A stretch of 10,606 nucleotides of DNA from Archangiaceae bacterium (GTDB lineage Bacteria; Myxococcota; Myxococcia; Myxococcales; Myxococcaceae), in assembly GCA_043750125.1 (NCBI GenBank), contig JAYVCD010000081.1, positions 1 through 10,606 on the forward strand, given 5' to 3'. This document shows positions 6,363-10,606 of the stretch, in pieces. A program made the translations under genes and the position numbers. A model generated the notes under the pieces. It worked only from the letters and a program-made list of their open reading frames with translations. It was not told where the DNA came from and did not search any database. Positions within the stretch are counted from its first letter, which is position 1; every line of letters starts with the position of its first letter.

Positions 6363-8387
6363 GTGAAGATCCGTTTGCTGGTCGTTGCAACTCTCTGTCT
6401 GTCCGTCTCTGGCTGCAAATGCGGTAAACAAATCGTGGTCACCCCTCCGGACTACGTCCCCAACCCGGTCGCCCTCAACTTCGAGGCGTGCCCGACCAAG
6501 GACGAGACCGGCAAGCCGGTGGTCGATGTCTTCCCTGACGAGAAGATGCTGAAGATCGCCAACCAGTCGAAGAGCGGCGGAGGGCTGAAGCTGACCTTCG
6601 TGGGCGATGGCGCCGCGGTGTTCAGCACGGACCTCAAGCGCGCCGACCCGATGGACCCGACCGGCATCGGCTCACTGAGCAACCTGAGCCTGCCCATCCT
6701 CTTCACTCCGACCAAGAAGGGAGTGGTGACGGCGCAGCTGGTCATCAGCGACGAGACGGACGACACGCCAGACCGCAAGGTGGACCTCGTCGGCACCGGC
6801 TCGGATCTCGGAGCGCAGCCGACGATCAAAGTCTCGGTGCTCGACGTTTCCAACGCCTACAAGGACTGCCTGACCGGCCTGGTCTGCGAGCAGAACTTCG
6901 CGGACACCCTGTTCAAAGAGGCGGTCACTCTCGAGGTGAAGGTCACCAACACCGGCTGCCCGGCGCTGAAGATCACCGGCCTGGAAATCACCCCCCAGGC
7001 GGGAGGAAATCCGGCCTACTTCATCGACTCGCCTTCGGTGCTGCCGACGGCGATGACTCCGCTGATCCTCACCCAGTCGGGGGGCCTGCAGACCACGAAA
7101 TTCAAGATCCGCTTTGCTCCGGAAGACGACGGGTCGGGCAACCTGACCCGCTTCGCGACCTTGAGGATCAAGACCAATGACCCCAACGCGCTCGACAGCG
7201 ACGGAAACAAGGGTGGCTTTGACCTGCAGCTGAGCGGCAGCGCGTTGAAGCCTTCGATCTACACCACCCCCACCCGCTGCGACTTTTCCGACCCGGCCGA
7301 CCTCTGCGGCAACGCGACGAAGATCACCGGCAAAGCCAACTTCCTGGTCAAGAACGAAGGAAACGTCGCCTTCAAGATCGACTCGACCACCTTCAAGAGC
7401 AATGGCAGCGAGACCGCGGGCCAGGACAACCGCCTGACGGTGACCGGCACGCCCCTGAAAGGAGTGTTGATATTGGCCGGTGGTTCAGCGCCGCTGCAAA
7501 TTTCCCACACCGAGATGCCGCTCTACATACAGGACCTGGTCACCATTTCGGCCTCGCTTTTGCTGCCAGACGGTGGCACTTCAATCTCCGGCTCTGCGGG
7601 TCGGGCGGTGCTCTCGCTCTCGGGCGGGAAGAAGCCCTGCATGTCCACCATTCCAGCCATCGATCTCGCCAGCGGACAGGCGCGGCTCGACTTCGCGGCG
7701 CCCACCACCGAGCTGTCGGCGAAAGAAGTGACGATCAAGAACGGACCCGTGGGGATGTGCGGGGACCTGATCATCAGCAGCGTTGCCGTCGTCGATGCCC
7801 CCAACCCCTTCTTCAGTCTGCTCGACCCGATGATCCTGGCCGGCACGAAGATCCCTCCGGGCACCGAGCTCAAGGTCACCGTGCAGTACAAGAAGCCGGT
7901 GTCGGGCGGCACCCAGGTGGGCTCGCTGCGCATCAGCTCGAACGACGGCGATTTTGCCACGCCCCCTGGCTACATCGTTCAGCTCTACAGCCAGTCGCCG
8001 CTGGACCAGGTCCCGGTGGCAGTGATCAAGGCGTGCGTCGACGTAGCGTGCACCATGCCCAAGTCGTCGGTCAGTCTGGGGATGCTCCGCGCAGGGCCGA
8101 ACGGGACCCGCCTGGTCACCGTCTCGGGCAAAGACAGCTACGACCCCCAGCCGGACGGGGGGTTCGAAAAGCCCCTGCCGCTCTACCGCTTCCGGTTGGT
8201 CAGCGCGCCCAGCAACGCCACCGAACACAAGCTTCCCGGCGACGGGCTGAAGGACGCAGGCACCGATGTCGAGTTCACGCTCGATGGAGCAGCGACCGGG
8301 GTCTACAAGATCTCTCTGGACGTTTGGGACAGAGCGAACCAGCAGTCGGGCAACTCGGCGCTGCTTCAGCTCACCGTCTTCCAGTGA
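6363..8387 (+). CDS. Lipoprotein with about four ASH / choice-of-anchor D Ig-like domains and a C-terminal PKD-like domain (674 aa)
   Basis: GTG at 6363 with GGAG at 6350-6353; lipobox LSVSG|CKC. Repeated F...I/VxNxG...LxI...FxP...LxIxxND units (e.g. VTNTGCPALKI...RFAP...LRIKTNDP). The tail PVAVI...GKDSYDP...GVYKISLDVWD is PKD-like. Confidence 0.87.
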   Translation: MKIRLLVVATLCLSVSGCKCGKQIVVTPPDYVPNPVALNFEACPTKDETGKPVVDVFPDEKMLKIANQSKSGGGLKLTFVGDGAAVFSTDLKRADPMDPTGIGSLSNLSLPILFTPTKKGVVTAQLVISDETDDTPDRKVDLVGTGSDLGAQPTIKVSVLDVSNAYKDCLTGLVCEQNFADTLFKEAVTLEVKVTNTGCPALKITGLEITPQAGGNPAYFIDSPSVLPTAMTPLILTQSGGLQTTKFKIRFAPEDDGSGNLTRFATLRIKTNDPNALDSDGNKGGFDLQLSGSALKPSIYTTPTRCDFSDPADLCGNATKITGKANFLVKNEGNVAFKIDSTTFKSNGSETAGQDNRLTVTGTPLKGVLILAGGSAPLQISHTEMPLYIQDLVTISASLLLPDGGTSISGSAGRAVLSLSGGKKPCMSTIPAIDLASGQARLDFAAPTTELSAKEVTIKNGPVGMCGDLIISSVAVVDAPNPFFSLLDPMILAGTKIPPGTELKVTVQYKKPVSGGTQVGSLRISSNDGDFATPPGYIVQLYSQSPLDQVPVAVIKACVDVACTMPKSSVSLGMLRAGPNGTRLVTVSGKDSYDPQPDGGFEKPLPLYRFRLVSAPSNATEHKLPGDGLKDAGTDVEFTLDGAATGVYKISLDVWDRANQQSGNSALLQLTVFQ

Positions 8388-8409
8388 GCCTCTAAAAGCG
8401 AACGGTTCG

Positions 8410-9054
8410 ATGCTGAGCGAATGGCTGAAGCCGGTTCCGATCGAGGCCTTCGTTCGCAAGTACGTAGGAAAGAGTCCGTTCGCGATGGCCGGGTCGGCGC
8501 AGTCGGCAGCGCCGATCTTCTCGTGGGAGACGCTACAGCGGGTGCTCGCCGCCGAGCCGCCCGCGGACGTCCTGGTGGTGGCGTTGGGCAAGCTGCTCGA
8601 GCGGCCGCCTCCTCGGACCCTCGCCGAGGCGCGAGCCCTGTTAGGCCAGGGAATCGGATTGGTGATTCGCCGCGCCGAGCAGCATGACCCTGCCCTTTCC
8701 GCGCTCGCCGCAGCGTTCGCCTCCGAGCTGGGGGGCCAGGCGCACATTCAGCTCTTCATCACCCCGGCAGGGACTCACGGGTTCGACTGGCACTACGACT
8801 TCGAAGAGGTGTTCATCGCGCAGACCCTGGGGATCAAGGAATACTTCTTTCGCGACAACAGCACCGACCTTCACACCCCGGTGGGAGCCACCCCGGACTT
8901 CGAGCGGATTCGAAAAGAGACCTCTCCGATCGCCACCGTCCGGCTGGCGGCGGGAGACTGGGTCTACATCCCGGCGCGCTGGTGGCACGTCGCCTCGTGC
9001 GTCGAAGACTCGCTCTCGATATCGGTGGGAGTGCTGACCGACCCGGCGAAGTAA
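8410..9054 (+). CDS. JmjC/cupin Fe(II)-2-oxoglutarate oxygenase (Cupin_4/ROX-like catalytic domain, 214 aa)
   Basis: Start moved to ATG 8410 (MLSEWL) to avoid overlap. FITP..THGFDWHYD (HxD), QTLGIKEY (2OG Lys) and LAAGDWVYIPARWWH (distal His). Confidence 0.88.
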   Translation: MLSEWLKPVPIEAFVRKYVGKSPFAMAGSAQSAAPIFSWETLQRVLAAEPPADVLVVALGKLLERPPPRTLAEARALLGQGIGLVIRRAEQHDPALSALAAAFASELGGQAHIQLFITPAGTHGFDWHYDFEEVFIAQTLGIKEYFFRDNSTDLHTPVGATPDFERIRKETSPIATVRLAAGDWVYIPARWWHVASCVEDSLSISVGVLTDPAK

Positions 9055-9059
9055 AGCTT

Positions 9060-9524
9060 TCAGTGGGCCGAACGAATCGCGACGGGATCTTCACGAAGCC
9101 CGGTCATCGCGAGCTTGTCGAGGGTAGCGTGGCGGTAGACCTCGAGCATCCGTTCTTGACCCAGGCGCCAGACGCTCAACATCGTGCAGCCGCCGCTGAA
9201 GCTGCACGCCGAATGGTCGAGATCATTCTTGTCGGTGCAGAGATTCACCTTCACCGGGCCTTCGACCGCTTCGATCACGTGCAAAAAGGTGATTTCAGCC
9301 GCCGCCCGGGCCAGGGCGTAGCCCCCGTGCGAACCGCGAATCGAGGCGGCGAGCTTCTCGCGCACCAGCTTCTTGAGGATCTTGGCCAGAAAGTCCTGCG
9401 GCACGTCCATGCGCTGAGCAATCTCGCGAAACGGCACAATGGTTCCGACCGGCTGGGAGGCCAGGTACAACATCGCTCGCAAGCCGTATTCGATGCGGCG
9501 CGAGATTTGGAGCGGGTGCTGCAC
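9060..9524 (-). CDS. Rrf2-family transcriptional regulator with three Cys (probable Fe-S sensor)
   Basis: YGLRAMLYLA, EIA..MDVP..FLAKIL, SIRGSHGGYALAR, VIEAVEG; Cys96, Cys107 and Cys113. Confidence 0.93.
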   Translation of the reverse strand: MQHPLQISRRIEYGLRAMLYLASQPVGTIVPFREIAQRMDVPQDFLAKILKKLVREKLAASIRGSHGGYALARAAAEITFLHVIEAVEGPVKVNLCTDKNDLDHSACSFSGGCTMLSVWRLGQERMLEVYRHATLDKLAMTGLREDPVAIRSAH

Positions 9525-9530
9525 AGGATC

Positions 9531-9559
9531 AATGTGTCAGAGGCTCCAGGACCCTGCAA
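9531..9559 (-). promoter_or_regulatory. Putative sigma70-type promoter of the rrf2 gene (leaderless)
   Basis: Minus strand: TTGCAG (9559-9554), 17 nt ending TGA, CACATT (9536-9531), 6 nt, then the GTG start at 9524. Confidence 0.55.
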
Positions 9560-9588
9560 CTAGAGCTAACCTCAAGACCTTCCTGGCG

Positions 9589-10407
9589 ATGATCGACCTC
9601 CATTCCCATACGACGGCATCTGACGGGCAATACACGCCCGAAGAGCTGCTGCAGCGGGCTGCGACCGCGGGGGTGACGACCCTCTCGGTGACCGATCACG
9701 ACACCGTCGCGGGCCTCGAGGCCTGTCAAAAAGCCGCGGCGAAGCACGCAATCCGCCTGGTCCCGGGGATCGAGGTCTCGGCCTTCGTTGGGAAAAAAGA
9801 GGTCCACATCCTTGGCCACTTCATCGACCCGCTCGAGCCGCAGCTGGCCCGGTTTTCCGATGTGCTGCGGGTCGAGCGCGAGAAGCGAATGGTCTTGATG
9901 GTCGCCAAGGTGAAGGCGCTCGGCTTTCCGATCACGATGGACCACGTGCGGGCGATTGCCGGCGAGGCCCACCTGGGCCGCCCCCACCTCGCGCGAGTGC
10001 TGGTCGAAGGACACTGGTGCCTCGACACCAAAGAAGCCTTCGATCGCTTTCTGGGCGATGGGAAGCCCGCCGCCGTGCCCCGCTTCGAAGTGAAATCCGC
10101 CGAGGCGATCGCGCTGATTCACGCAGCCCACGGCACCGCCACCCTCGCCCACCCCGGCACCTCGAAGGTGCTGCTCTTCGAGCTCGAGCAGCTGAAGCGC
10201 GAAGGCCTCGATGGGCTGGAAGTGGAACACGCCGACCATCCTCGACACATTCGGGAACGCTTCATGGGCTGGGCGGCGCAGCTGGACCTGGTCGCCACCA
10301 GTGGCAGCGATTTCCATGGGGAAAAGGTCGCTCCCGATCGCCACCTCGGGACAGCCTCGATGCCGCCCGAACGGTTCGCCGCCCTCGAAGCCCGCCGCCC
10401 CGGCTGA
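9589..10407 (+). CDS. PHP-domain metal-dependent phosphoesterase (TrpH/YciV-like, 272 aa)
   Basis: Start moved to ATG 9589. IDLHSHTTASDG, VTDHDT, PGIEVS, VHILGH, GRPHLAR, LAHP and GSDFHG. Confidence 0.93.
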   Translation: MIDLHSHTTASDGQYTPEELLQRAATAGVTTLSVTDHDTVAGLEACQKAAAKHAIRLVPGIEVSAFVGKKEVHILGHFIDPLEPQLARFSDVLRVEREKRMVLMVAKVKALGFPITMDHVRAIAGEAHLGRPHLARVLVEGHWCLDTKEAFDRFLGDGKPAAVPRFEVKSAEAIALIHAAHGTATLAHPGTSKVLLFELEQLKREGLDGLEVEHADHPRHIRERFMGWAAQLDLVATSGSDFHGEKVAPDRHLGTASMPPERFAALEARRPG

Positions 10408-10420
10408 CCCTCCTTACAGG

Positions 10421-10606
10421 TTACTCAGCCGTCGTTGGGTCGATGATGGCCCGGACTTCGGAAACGCGATTGGCAGGAAACCCTCCTTGCTTCGCGTGAT
10501 CCCGAACCATCTGCTCGTTGGGAGCGATGTACACGCAATAGATCTTGTCGCCCGTCACGTAGCTGTGCAGCCATTGAATCTGGGGTCCCATCTTGCTCAG
10601 CACTCC
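10421..10606 (-). CDS. DUF4242-like small protein (5'-truncated)
   Basis: QWLHSYV..DKIYCVYIAP...HA..GGFPANRVSEV..IIDPTTAE pattern. The frame is open to the window end, with TAA at 10423-10421. Confidence 0.85.
   Translation of the reverse strand, partial: GVLSKMGPQIQWLHSYVTGDKIYCVYIAPNEQMVRDHAKQGGFPANRVSEVRAIIDPTTAE

Noticed and set aside
5012..6427. 471-aa plus-strand ORF antisense to the DHS-like gene
   Set aside because: A shadow ORF typical of high-GC codon bias, with no motifs; the opposite strand encodes a clear enzyme.
6276..6442. ORF-track starts at 6442 (-) and 6276 (+), likewise 8266 and 9439
   Set aside because: These extensions overlap neighbouring genes. The downstream starts 6307, 6363, 8410 and 9589 fit the signal peptide or domain boundaries better.
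5138..9054. DHS-like plus JmjC hydroxylase as a bacterial hypusine-like pathway
   Set aside because: The genes are on opposite strands and separated by an unrelated gene, no substrate gene is present, and true deoxyhypusine hydroxylase is a HEAT-repeat diiron enzyme. The sequence gives no support.

Overview
High-GC, densely coding window that looks like a myxobacterial (Myxococcota) chromosome, judged from a MYXO-CTERM tail, Cys-rich lipoproteins with DAG/DGG linkers and a PilT paralog. It holds 11 credible CDSs, two truncated by the window edges. In order: (+) a Cys-rich repeat protein, a stand-alone cNMP-fold protein and a PilT/PilU-family ATPase in an apparent operon; (+) a Cys-rich lipoprotein of unknown function; (-) a CxxCH-containing MYXO-CTERM surface protein and a deoxyhypusine-synthase-like enzyme; (+) a multi-Ig/ASH-domain lipoprotein and a JmjC oxygenase; (-) an Rrf2 regulator; (+) a PHP phosphoesterase; (-) a DUF4242-like protein. 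I found no RNA genes, CRISPR arrays or mobile elements. The best candidate for an undescribed system is the cNMP-fold protein beside the non-canonical PilT. It lacks the cAMP-binding Arg and carries an EF-hand-like DxNxDG...E loop, so it may be a Ca2+-responsive regulator of a secondary pilus motor (inference only). Other leads are a surface-anchored monoheme protein and a D[AGS]G motif confined to the exported proteins. All family calls come from motif recognition by eye, not from database searches.
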